A stretch of 31,985 nucleotides of DNA from Octopus sinensis (taxonomy: Eukaryota), in assembly GCF_006345805.1 (NCBI RefSeq), contig NW_021832164.1, positions 1 to 31,985 on the forward strand, read 5' to 3'. The position numbers and the translations under genes are program-made. The notes beneath the pieces were generated by a model. That model was not told the origin of the DNA and ran no database searches. It worked only from the letters and a program-made list of their open reading frames with translations. Shown piece by piece: positions 12,241-23,447 of this stretch. Each line of letters opens with the position of its first letter. The first letter of the stretch is position 1.

Positions 12241-12371
12241 AAAATAACTACAATAATAAAATAATTAATTAATAAATATACGTAAATAATCTTTTAGAAT
12301 ATAAATATATTATTTAAAATATCTATCTATCTATGTGTGTATGTATGTATGTATGTATGTATGTATGTATG

Positions 12372-12411
<40 letters not shown>

Positions 12412-12447
12412 AATCTATCTATGTATCTATCTATGTATCTATCTATG

Positions 12448-12532
<85 letters not shown>

Positions 12533-12560
12533 TATATATATTATATATATATATATATAT

Positions 12561-12968
12561 TACTCTTACTCTTTTACTCTTTTACTTGTCTCAGTCATTT
12601 GACAGCGGCCATGCTGGAGCACCGCCTTTAATCGAGAAACTCGACCCCGGGACTTTTGTAAGCCCAGTACTTATTCTATCGGTCTCTTTTGCCGAACCGC
12701 TAAGTAACGGGGACATAAACACACCAGCATCGGTTGTCAAGCAATGCTAGGGGGACAAACACAGACACACAAACACACACACACGCATATATATATACAT
12801 ATATACAACGGGCTTCTTTCAGTTTCCGTCTACCCAATCCACTCACAAGGCTTTTGTCGGCCCGAGGCTATAGTAGAAGACACTTGCCCAAGGTGCCACG
12901 CAGTGGGACTGTACCCGGAACCATGTGGCTGGTAAACAAGCTACTTACCACACAGCCACTCCTGCGCC
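12561..12968 (-). mobile_element. Full-length tRNA-derived SINE (family 2)
   Basis: Head ggcgcaggagtggctgtgtggtaag...gggtacagtcccactgc; tail ggcggtgctccagcatggcc...tgactgagacaagtaaaagag. Confidence 0.88.
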
Positions 12969-12990
12969 TTTTATATATATACACACACAC

Positions 12991-13037
<47 letters not shown>

Positions 13038-13159
13038 TAACAATTTAGGAATGGCCTAAACAGGCCATTCGTCCACCAGAAAGAGCAGCCAGAACTCAAA
13101 CCGCCAAGTAGTGCAATTCGGAAATAAGGTGAAAATTTAAAAACGTTTACCCTAATTCA

Positions 13160-13260
13160 TCTTTTATACGATGCATCGTTTCGGTGTTTTTAATGATAGA
13201 CCAGCTTAATTAAATTAAATTAAGCTAGTCTACCATAGGTCACACTTCATCAGTAAAAGA
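13160..13260 (-). ncRNA. Type I hammerhead, array copy L1 (intact)
   Basis: UCUUUUA-CUGAUGA-[stem II]-GAAA-CGAUGCAUC-GUA/UAAAAGA. Confidence 0.85.
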
Positions 13261-13632
13261 AACCTGGGAGAGACGAATATACACGAGGCGACTGTATCAA
13301 TGCCTCGGGAATATCTGTCTTAAAATTTTCAAGACCAACGCATTCGCGCCAAACTTAACGGCAGCAAATATAAACTGCCGATTCAATCTCAGAATTAGTC
13401 AGAAAATTATCAATTAATCAATTTAGGGTAGCAAAAATTCAGTAAAAATTTATCGCTACCAGCGGCCTAGTGGAAAAGAGAAAATAGTCAAAGACTAAAT
13501 ATATATAAATATAACAATTAGGAATGGCCTAAACAGGCCATTCGTCCACCAGAAAGAGCAGCCAGAACTCAAACCGCCAAGTAGTGCAATTCGGAAATAA
13601 GGTGAAAATTTAAAAACGTTTACCCTAATTCA

Positions 13633-13733
13633 TCTTTTATACGATGCATCGTTTCGGTGTTTTTAATGATAGACCAGCTTAATTAAATTAAATTAAGCTA
13701 GTCTACCATAGGTCACACTTCATCAGTAAAAGA
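13633..13733 (-). ncRNA. Type I hammerhead, array copy L2 (intact)
   Basis: Same motif as L1. Confidence 0.85.
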
Positions 13734-14129
13734 AACCTGGGAGAGACGAATATACACGAGGCGACTGTATCAATGCCTCGGGAATATCTGTCTTAAAATT
13801 TTCAAGACCAACGCATTCGCGCCAAACTTATCGGCAGCAAATATAAACTCATATATAAACTCAAATATAAACTCATTATATTTATATATATTTAGTCTTT
13901 GACTATTTTCTCTTTTCCACTAGGCCGCTGGTAGCGATAAATTTTTACTGAATTTTTTGCTACCCTAAATTGATTAATTGATAATTTTCTGACTAATTCT
14001 GAGATTGAATCAGCAGTTTATATTTGCTGCCGATAAGTTTGGCGCGAATGCGTTGGTCTTGAAAATTTTAAGACAGATATTCCCGAGGCATTGATACAGT
14101 CGCCTCGTGTATATTCGTCTCTCCCAGTT

Positions 14130-14230
14130 TCTTTTACTGATGAAGTGTGACCTATGGTAGACTAGCTTAATTTAATTTAATTAAGCTGGTCTATCATTAA
14201 AAACACCGAAACGATTCATCGTATAAAAGA
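14130..14230 (+). ncRNA. Type I hammerhead, array copy R1 (stem III variant)
   Basis: Core intact; stem III acgattcatcgt breaks the palindrome by one base. Confidence 0.75.
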
Positions 14231-14605
14231 TGAATTAGGGTAAACGTTTTTAAATTTTCACCTTATTTCCGAATTGCACTACTTGGTGGTTTGAGTTCTG
14301 GCTGCTCTTTCTGGTGACGAATGGCCTGTTTAGGCCATTCCTAAATTGTTATATTTATATATATTTAGTCTTTGACAATTTTCTGTTTTCCACTAGGCCG
14401 CTGGTAGCGATAAATTTGTACTGAATTTTTTGCTACCCTAAATTGATTAATTGATATTTTTGACTGACTAATCTGAGATTGAATCGGCAGTTTATATTTG
14501 CTGCCGATAAGTTTGGCGCGAATGCGTTGGTCTTGAAAATTTTAAGACAGATATTCCCGAGGCATTGATACAGTCGCCCTCGTGATATTTCGTCTCTCCC
14601 AGGTT

Positions 14606-14706
14606 TCTTTTACTGATGAAGTGTGACCTATGGTAGACTAGCTTAATTTAATTTAATTAAGCTGGTCTATCATTAAAAACACCGAAACGATGCATCGTAT
14701 AAAAGA
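14606..14706 (+). ncRNA. Type I hammerhead, array copy R2 (intact)
   Basis: CTGATGA 14613-14619, predicted cleavage after GTA at 14699. Confidence 0.85.
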
Positions 14707-15076
14707 TGAATTAGGGTAAACGTTTTTAAATTTTCACCTTATTTCCGAATTGCACTACTTGGCGGTTTGAGTTCTGGCTGCTCTTTCTGGTGGACGAATG
14801 GCCTGTTTAGGCCATTCCTAAATTGTTATATTTATATATATTTAGTCTTTGACTATTTTCTCTTTTCCACTAGGCCGCTAGCGATAAATTTTTACTGAAT
14901 TTTTTGCTACCCTAAATTGATTAATTGATAATTTTCTGACTAATTCTGAGATTGAATCGGCAGTTTATATTTGCTGCCGATAAGTTTGGCGCGAATGCGT
15001 TGGTCTTGAAAATTTTAAGACGATATTCCCGAGGCATTGATACAGTCGCCTCGTGTATATTCGTCTCTCCCAGGTT

Positions 15077-15177
15077 TCTTTTACTGATGAAGTGTGACCT
15101 ATGGTAGACTAGCTTAATTTAATTTAATTAAGCTGGTCTATCATTAAAAACACCGAAACGATGCATCGTATAAAAGA
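15077..15177 (+). ncRNA. Type I hammerhead, array copy R3 (intact)
   Basis: CTGATGA 15084-15090, predicted cleavage after 15170. Confidence 0.85.
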
Positions 15178-15548
15178 TGAATTAGGGTAAACGTTTTTAA
15201 ATTTTCAACTTATTTCCGAATTGCACTACTTGGCGGTTTGAGTTCTGGCTGCTCTTTCTGGTGGACGAATGGCCTGTTTAGGCCATTCCTAAATTGTTAT
15301 ATTATATATATTTAGTCTTTGACTATTCTTCTCTTTCCACTAGGCCGCTGGTAGCGATAAATTTTTACTGAATTTTTTGCTACCCTAAATTGATTATTGA
15401 TAATTTTCTGACTAATTCTGAGATTGAATCGGCAGTTTATATTTGCTGCCGATAAGTTGGCGCGAATGCGTTGGTCTTGAAAATTTTAAGACAGATATTC
15501 CCGAGGCATTGATACAGTCGCCTCGTGTATATTCGTCTCTCCCAGGTT

Positions 15549-15647
15549 TCTTTTACTGATGAAGTGTGACCTATGGTAGACTAGCTTAATTTAATTTAAT
15601 TAAGCTGGTCTATCATTAAAACACACCGATGCGCATCGTATAAAAGA
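15549..15647 (+). ncRNA. Type I hammerhead, array copy R4 (core GAAA lost)
   Basis: acacaccgatgcgcatcgta replaces acaccgaaacgatgcatcgta; mutation or sequencing error. Confidence 0.5.
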
Positions 15648-16018
15648 TGAATTAGGGTAAACGTTTTTAAATTTTCAACTTATTTCCGAATTGCACTACT
15701 TGGCGTTTGAGTTCTGGCTGCTCTTTCTGGTGGACGAATGGCCTGTTTAGGCCATTCCTAAATTGTATATTTATATATATTTAGTCTTTGACTATTTTCT
15801 CTTTTCCACTAGGCCGCTGGTAGCGATAAATTTTTACTGAATTTTTTGCTACCCTAATTGATTAATTGATAATTTTCTGACTAATTCTGAGATTGAATCG
15901 GCAGTTTATATTTGCTGCCGATAAGTTTGGCGCGAATGCGTTGGTCTTGAAAATTTTAAGACAGATATTCCCGAGGCATTGATACAGTCGCCTCGTGTAT
16001 ATTCGTCTCTCCCAGGTT

Positions 16019-16119
16019 TCTTTTACTGATGAAGTGTGACCTATGGTAGACTAGCTTAATTTAATTTAATTAAGCTGGTCTATCATTAAAAACACCGAAA
16101 CGATGCATCGTATAAAAGA
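16019..16119 (+). ncRNA. Type I hammerhead, array copy R5 (intact)
   Basis: Identical to R2/R3 motif; predicted cleavage after 16112. Confidence 0.85.
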
Positions 16120-16499
16120 TGAATTAGGGTAAACGTTTTTAAATTTTCACCTTATTTCCGAATTGCACTACTTGGCGGTTTGAGTTCTGGCTGCTCTTTC
16201 TGGTGGACGAATGGCCTGTTTAGGCCATTCCTAAATTGTTATATTTATATATATTTAGTCTTTGACTATTTTCTCTTTTCCACTAGGACGCTGGTAGCGA
16301 TAAATTTTTACTGAATTTTTTGCTACCCTAAATTGATTAATATATATATATATATATATATAAGTTACAAAATATACATTAAGTAAAAACTAAATACAAC
16401 ACTTTAAACTATATACATTAAATCAATTATTAATAAATATATTTATTTAATAAACATCCAAATACAGTCTAATACCCATTAAGCAATTAATACTAAAAA

Positions 16500-18678
16500 C
16501 CTTAAATTAATTAATATACACTATGCTAGTACAAGCCATAAATTCTGGAATCAAAATAAGAAATGGTTCAAATATAGACACGCACATTATATAAACTAAC
16601 TATATAATTAATATATATGTAGTATCTACAGTTTTAATATATCACTCAATAATATAGTTGACCAAAATATCAATTAATGTAAAAACTAGTTTACTTAAAT
16701 GTAAATACTTAAATGTAAATACACCACCTAATTATTAAATAATGTATTGTCTAACAAAATTAATTCTCAAATTAAATTATATGTAATACATTAAATCCCT
16801 TTATAAAAATAATAATAAATCATTCTAAATAAATAGACATCACAATTAATAACTATCATAACTTATGTCTATCAATATATATAAAAATGATAATATTTCA
16901 ACAACAACAATAATAATAACAATAATAACCAAACCCAATATAATTCAAAAGCCAAATAATATTTATAAGCAAAAACCGTTACTTAGCTTGTCGATGAAAA
17001 TAATATAACTGAATTTTAAACGTAAAGAACATATATAGGTCTTAGTGTTTATAAAAATTAAACGCGTGAAGTCTTTGTGTAAACAAATAGAATAAATTAT
17101 CAATGAAAATGGCGAAAATTATTTACTAATGAAAAGTACGAAAGACATCTAAATCCCATAAATTAAAGAAAGGTACGAACAATATTAGAACAAATGAACA
17201 ATAAACTATGAAGACATTCAACTACAACCGACAGTCCACTACAATCCAGTCAATAACAATAAAAATAATAACAACAATCAATCTCAATATAATAGAAAAT
17301 CCAAATAATATTGATAAACAAACAACGTTACTAAGCTTATCGATTAAATTAATATAACTGAATTTTAAATGTATAAAAATAGGTCCTAGACTCTTAATTA
17401 ATATACCCAATACTAGTACAAGTCATAAATACTGGAATCAAAAATAGGAAATGGTTCAAATATACACAAACCATTTATATAAACTAACTATATTATTAAT
17501 ACATATGAAGTATCTATAGATTTAATATTTCACCCAATAATAAAGTTGGCCAAAATATATATCAATATAAAAACTACTTTACTTAAATGTAATACTACGT
17601 GATAAAAATACCACCTAATTATTAAATAGTGTATAGTCTAACAAAACTAATTGTCAAATTAAATTATATGTTATGTTATCCCTTTTTAAAAATAATACTA
17701 AATCATATTCAAAAAATAGATATCCTAACTAATAACGATCGTAACTAATAACTATCAAGAAACTATGAATAAAAAAAATAATATTTCAACAACAACAACA
17801 ACAACAACAACAATAATAATAATAATAATATGACAAAGCCCTGACCCATCAATGGCTAATGACCTCTGGCTTAAAATCTGAAACAGAAGGGTTTATCATA
17901 GCAGCTCAAGATCAATGTCTACCTACAAGAAACTACCAGGCCAACATATTAAAGAACGGCAGTAGACCAACATGTCGTGTATGTCAACAACAAAATGAAA
18001 CCATTGATCATGTTGTCTCCAAGTGCAGTCTTCTAGCGCCTACAGAGTATCTCAACAGGCATGATAGAGCTGCACAATATATTCACTGGGTAATTTGCAA
18101 AAACCTGGATTTACCCCATGAAAAAAACTGGTGGGAACACAAACCACCTCCAGTGCTTGAAAAGGACCACATCTCACTCCTCTGGAACTTCACCATTCAA
18201 ACTGACAGATAGATAGATGCAAACAGGCCATACATCATATTGAAAGTATTTAGACAAAGAACATGCCTCCTCATTGATATGACTGTCCCAATCGATATAA
18301 ACGTATCTGTCAAGACCTACCAAAAACTGAGCAAATATAAAGATCTTGAAATAGAAATCAGCAAAATGTGGAACCTGAAGACTAAAACAATAACTGTTGT
18401 CATAGGTGCCCTGAGAACGATAGCGAAAGGGGCTGATTGCTACCTAACTCAGATACCAGGAAACCCCAAAATGTCAGAAATTCAAAAGATAGTGCTCATG
18501 GGAACTGGTCATATCCTACGCAAAATACTTTCTATGTAATCTCAAGGTTTAAAACAAACTTTGTTTTTTATTAGACATTCACTAGTACAACACCAAAAAA
18601 AACCCCTCAAATATATGGCACACTAGGCATAACAACAACTTGAACTTCCAACCTGTTGTCTAGCAAAAGTCAAAGATA

Positions 18679-18716
<38 letters not shown>

Positions 18717-18753
18717 TAATAATAATAATAATAATAATAACAATAACAATAAC

Positions 18754-18811
<58 letters not shown>

Positions 18812-18890
18812 TCAAAACCAAAACGATTCAAAATCTGAATAATATAGGTCATCAAAAAACGTTACTTAGCTTGTCGAAGGAAAAAATATA
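16500..18890. repeat. Diverged AT-rich tandem duplication (~887-bp period), interrupted by a LINE
   Basis: tagtacaag...aatatttcaacaac at 16527-16915 and 17414-17800; acgttacttagcttgtcga-type segment at ~16975, ~17325, ~18858. Confidence 0.7.
17831..18680 (+). mobile_element. 5'-truncated R4/Dong-like (RLE) non-LTR retrotransposon in a (TAA)n tract
   Basis: LKSETEGFIIAAQDQ, CRVC...H...C zinc knuckle, RHD, decayed RP(D/Y)...ID endonuclease motif, K..KY; flanked by (CAA/TAA)n on both sides. Confidence 0.85.
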
Positions 18891-19040
18891 ACTCATATAT
18901 ACGTTTTATTTATTATTTTGCACATTACTTAATCATTGGTATATTTTTATCTTATATTTAATATTTCTATTATATGTAATTTTCTAGATGGTGTAATTTA
19001 ATTTTTCATTTTGAATTGATAAAATGTGTTTTTTTTTCTA

Positions 19041-19130
<90 letters not shown>

Positions 19131-19519
19131 CACATATAAAATATTAAAAAAGGAAAATGCACAGACTCCAAGTAAAATATGGGCAAACATTTTTTTGAAG
19201 AAAATACGTATTTAAATAAATTTTAATGTGATGATTAGCGAAAGCGAAACGGCCGACAAACACAATGTAAAGTAAGTTAAAAAATATATTAAAACTATGT
19301 AAAGTATGTACATTTTCCTTCTTCAAATTTTATATATATTACAAGTCACAACGTGGGGATAATCGAAATTTCTCCCTTTCTGTTACTGTGTGTGTGTATA
19401 TGTATATATATATATATATATAATATATATATATGTAGGTCCCGGGTTGAGTCGGGGTTAACCACAGTAAATAAGGTACTCAATACATAGCAGAGTAAAT
19501 TAATTTATTTTATAGAAGG

Positions 19520-19570
19520 AGCTTCTACAGGACTAGCACTGTTTCATTCAAAAGAAATCATCAGGAAGCT
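19520..19570 (-). ncRNA. Minimal type I hammerhead, left palindrome arm
   Basis: AGCUUC-CUGAUGA-U-UUC-uuuu-GAA-U-GAAA-CAG-ugcuaguc-CUG-UA/GAAGCU. Confidence 0.6.
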
Positions 19571-20151
19571 AGGTGACAAGAATAGTTTTGGCATTTATAC
19601 ACTTAGGCAGGTTTAAGGGGTGGTGGTGGGGGACTTTTTGGGGTAGGCATGGCGCAAACTATCAATCTTAGGGGAGTGGTCAAAGGAATCAGTGATAAAG
19701 TAGATAAAAGAATAAATAGAATAATAGAGTTTACATACACATACCCACATACATCCATATACACATGTACATATGCACCCATTTACATACATCTACGTAC
19801 TCACCCATACCCATACTCATACATACACACAAATATCTACACACATATATATGTAAAATGAATATAGATATTTGTGTGTATGTAGATATTTGTGTGTATG
19901 TATGAGTATGGGTATGGGTGAGTACGTAGATGTATGTAAATGGGTGCATATGTACATGTGTATATGGATGTATGTGGGTATGTGTATGTAAACTCTATTA
20001 TTCTATTTATTCTTTTATCTACTTTATCACTGATTCCTTTGACCACTCCCCTAAGATTGATAGGTTGCGCCATGCCTACCCCAAAAAGTCCCCCACAACC
20101 ACCCCTTAAACCTGCCTAAGTGTATAAATGCCAAAACTATTCTTGTCACCT

Positions 20152-20202
20152 AGCTTCCTGATGATTTCTTTTGAATGAAACAGTTCTAGTCCTGTAGAAG
20201 CT
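20152..20202 (+). ncRNA. Minimal type I hammerhead, right palindrome arm
   Basis: Same motif, loop III uucuaguc; 6-bp stem I AGCUUC/GAAGCU. Confidence 0.6.
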
Positions 20203-20217
20203 CCTTCTATAAAATAT

Positions 20218-20261
<44 letters not shown>

Positions 20262-20353
20262 ATTGAAGAAATGTACACACACGTGGAACTCAAAATGTCA
20301 CTAAAATGTAAACCTAAAGATTAGCGAACGTTTTTCTCTTCATTTGCTTTTTC

Positions 20354-20490
20354 CTGGCAGAATCGTTAGCACGCCGGACGAAATGCTTAGCAGTATTTCG
20401 TCTGCCGTTACGTAATCGACTTAATCTGTTTGTCTGTCTTTGTTTGTCCTCTCTGTGTTTAGCCCCTTGTGGGTAGTAAAGAAATAGGTA
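20354..20490 (+). mobile_element. Internally deleted family 1 SINE
   Basis: Head to gccgttacg joined directly to taatcgacttaatc...gtaaagaaatagg. Confidence 0.8.
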
Positions 20491-20541
20491 TACACGTACA
20501 ACTCTCTCTCACATACACATACACTCATACATTTTTATCTC

Positions 20542-20579
<38 letters not shown>

Positions 20580-20654
20580 CCCCTCTCTTTCCTTACTTTC
20601 GAAGTCAGGCTTGAAACGTCAAAGACATTTCTGTTCTTCCAGAGCATCCAACAC

Positions 20655-20701
20655 ACCTACTACAACTACTACTACTACTACTACTACTACTGCTACTGCT
20701 G

Positions 20702-20762
<61 letters not shown>

Positions 20763-20812
20763 ACTACTACTACTACTAATAATAATATAATAATAATAAT
20801 AATGATAATATA

Positions 20813-20848
<36 letters not shown>

Positions 20849-20850
20849 TG
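20655..20850. repeat. Compound (ACT)n/(AAT)n/(TATG)n microsatellite
   Basis: Direct inspection. Confidence 0.9.
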
Positions 20851-20859
20851 TATGAATAT

Positions 20860-21010
20860 GTATTTCCTATTTTCCTTTAATAACTATTAAATATTTTCTC
20901 GCACGGTCTCTGATGAAAGAATATATAAAATTATCGCGGAAACAGCTGTAAGAACTCTTTTCTTTATAAATGTTCAGAAAACTATTCACAGCCTTGGATT
21001 TTTTATCTTA
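20860..21010 (+). mobile_element. Short repeat with hammerhead motif (20907-20953); homologous to 30541-30700 (minus)
   Basis: tct-CTGATGA...g-GAAAC-agct-GTA-aga; stem II eroded here but intact (gggatat/atatccc) in the other copy. Confidence 0.6.
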
Positions 21011-21027
21011 CTATGTTAATCTATCTA

Positions 21028-21062
<35 letters not shown>

Positions 21063-21064
<2 letters not shown>

Positions 21065-21310
21065 AGGCTGGTGCATAATTATTGCGGCTTTTTTCAACAT
21101 ATTTTATTCACCAAAACCATTCACAACACATAACAAAAACATCTTGAAATTATTACTCCTGAGCATATTCACCATCTACTTCAATTATTACTTCCCATTT
21201 GCTTGACAGACGGTCAGACCGTCATTTAAAGATGTTTTTGTTAAATATTGTTATTGATTTTGTTGAATAAAATTTGTTGCAAAAGAAACCACAATAATCA
21301 TGCATAAACC

Positions 21311-21312
<2 letters not shown>
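21063..21312. mobile_element. Tc1/mariner-type MITE remnant
   Basis: Imperfect TIRs taggctggtgcataattattgcggctttt / aaaagaaaccacaataatcatgcataaaccta, within TA-rich flanks. Confidence 0.6.
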
Positions 21313-21386
<74 letters not shown>

Positions 21387-21533
21387 TGTGTGTGTGTGTG
21401 TGTAAATATAAACATGCATACATACATATATATATATATATTATGTATATGTATATATCTATCTATCTATCTATATATATATGTATATATGTATATATAT
21501 ATAGTATATATATCTAGTATATATGTATATATG

Positions 21534-21587
<54 letters not shown>

Positions 21588-22300
21588 TAATAATATTAGG
21601 GAATAAATCCAAACTTACAGGGAAAAATCAGATTTAGGATTGAATCCAATTTATAGTAAAATATTATATTAATAATTGTTAAATTACTAAATAATATAAA
21701 TTAATTTATGTATTGGATTAAGTCTTTCTTTGTTTGATTTGCATAATAGTGGTTTTGTCTCTAATTTATATAATATATATATATATATATGTGTGTGTAT
21801 GTATATACATAAATATAAGGGAATATATTTATCACTATGTGGAAACCTTAAACACAGACTTTTGAAAAATAACCACAACAATAATAGGTAGAACTGCATG
21901 CATTTTCAACAGCCTGTCTGGCGTGAAGTTCTGCAAATTATATTTTGTATAGACGATCATACTGAAGATTTACAGATAAATTATGTAAGAAAAATTACGT
22001 AATTTGTTGATAGTGAAACAATTGTTTATGATTAATCTATATTTTTGGTACTTTTCATTTATTTTACTCACTTACGTTTCTGGTGTTTGCTAAATTTTCT
22101 AGAGAACAATTCTTAGTGGTTAAGACCATATCGGATCTTCTTCCAGCATAAGGGTTTCCACGTAGTGGTAAAAAATTCCCTCTTATATTTATGTATGTAA
22201 TACTATTCACTGAATCTCACTTTTTTTATATGCTAGACCACTGGTGTTAAGATTGATGTTATCAAATCAATATCCAATTTTTTCACCCTCATTTTAGTTA

Positions 22301-22342
<42 letters not shown>

Positions 22343-22501
22343 GTAATTACATCGTGGAGGACCGATTTGAGCTATTAGCATATAAACAAAGGCTATTAAG
22401 AAAACCTGATAAGAGTTTATTATTTGGTATCAATAATTCCACTGTATTTATGAAATATAAGCAAAAAAAAAACAAAAACAAAAGCAGAATGCTTGACTTA
22501 C

Positions 22502-22690
22502 CGTGCCATGGTCAAAGTCGTCATTAAAATCGAGCATTTCGGTTTTAGGAATTATGATGTAATCTTCAGAGAAATTTCTTCTCTCTCCCATCATTTCCAA
22601 ATAAGGAATTTTGTCCAAGTAATCTAAAATACTCTTCCAGTTCGTCACATTCATGTGTTTTATTTCTTTGATAGTTCCTGCAACCATTAC
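22502..22690 (-). CDS. Internal coding exon of host gene (VMVAGTIKEIKH...DDFDHGT, 63 codons)
   Basis: Acceptor ctgctttacag|GTA, donor ACG|gtaagt, 189 nt, phase 0-0. Confidence 0.78.
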
Positions 22691-22705
22691 CTGTAAAGCA
22701 GATTT

Positions 22706-22769
<64 letters not shown>

Positions 22770-23223
22770 TATATATACATACTGAGAATAACAAGGTAGT
22801 CAGAATGATTATTTGTATTTTTATTTACATTTCAGCGCTTTCTTCCGTTATCAGATTTATCAAAAATCTGTACACCACTTCCAAAAAATGTCTCTTCCTC
22901 TCTCTCTACACACACGCACGCAGGCACACAAACCCACACACAAACACACACACACACAAACACACACACACATACACAAACACACACACACATGTAAATG
23001 TCAGATCCATGGATCAAAGTGTCGGAAGTCAGTGAGCTTAATACTAGACATGTCATCCAAACATCTTAAAGTGTTCATAATTGGATCATTAAAATCTATT
23101 CTCCAGCAAAATCAGTTCCGGTTTGGCACCACTGCATGCCAACAAAAATTTGGAGTTGCAATGGGAATCAAGGCGGCTTCCGTTCTTACCAACCTGACAA
23201 TGGGCTATTTAGAACTAACAATA

Positions 23224-23447
23224 TGTTTGTTTTTGTTTGTTTTTTCCAGTTTCAGCTCTTGAGCTGTGGCCATGCTGGGGCACCGCCATTGTGGTGAAAG
23301 AAGTACAGCAGGGATCACCACCCCTGCCGGAGCCTCGTAGAGCTTTTAGGGTTTTCGCTCAATAAACACACACAACGCCAGTGAGAATCGAAACCGCGAT
23401 CCTGCGACCGCGAGTCCGCTGCCCTAACCACTAGGCCATTGCGCCTC
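23224..23447 (-). mobile_element. tRNA-derived SINE (family 3) nested inside the PLE RT
   Basis: A box tggcctagtgg, B box ggtttcgattc; 3' ggcggtgccccagcatggccacagctcaagagctgaaac. Confidence 0.88.

Larger units (their letters stand above)
13031..16340. repeat. Tandem array of a ~473-bp hammerhead-containing unit in two inverted arms (retrozyme-like)
   Basis: Left arm 13031-13849 (~1.7 units, HHR on minus), right arm 13876-16340 (~5.2 units, HHR on plus); HHR spacing 473, 476, 471, 472, 470 bp; no ORF in the unit. Confidence 0.95.
19508..20214. repeat. Near-perfect inverted duplication (334-bp arms, 39-bp spacer)
   Basis: 19508-19841 is the reverse complement of 19881-20214 with 3 substitutions found by eye. 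Confidence 0.92.

Noticed and set aside
14137-14143. C/D-box snoRNA reading of CTGA/TGATGA motifs
   Set aside because: No terminal stem with a downstream D box; the geometry fits a hammerhead three-way junction instead.
14236-14242. TTAGGG/CCCTAA telomere-like hexamers in the array unit
   Set aside because: Single copies; better explained as an internal complementary pair than as telomeric repeat.
13031-16340. CRISPR-like or plain satellite interpretation of the array
   Set aside because: Units are contiguous with no unique spacers, the context is eukaryotic, and a full ribozyme core is present in each unit.
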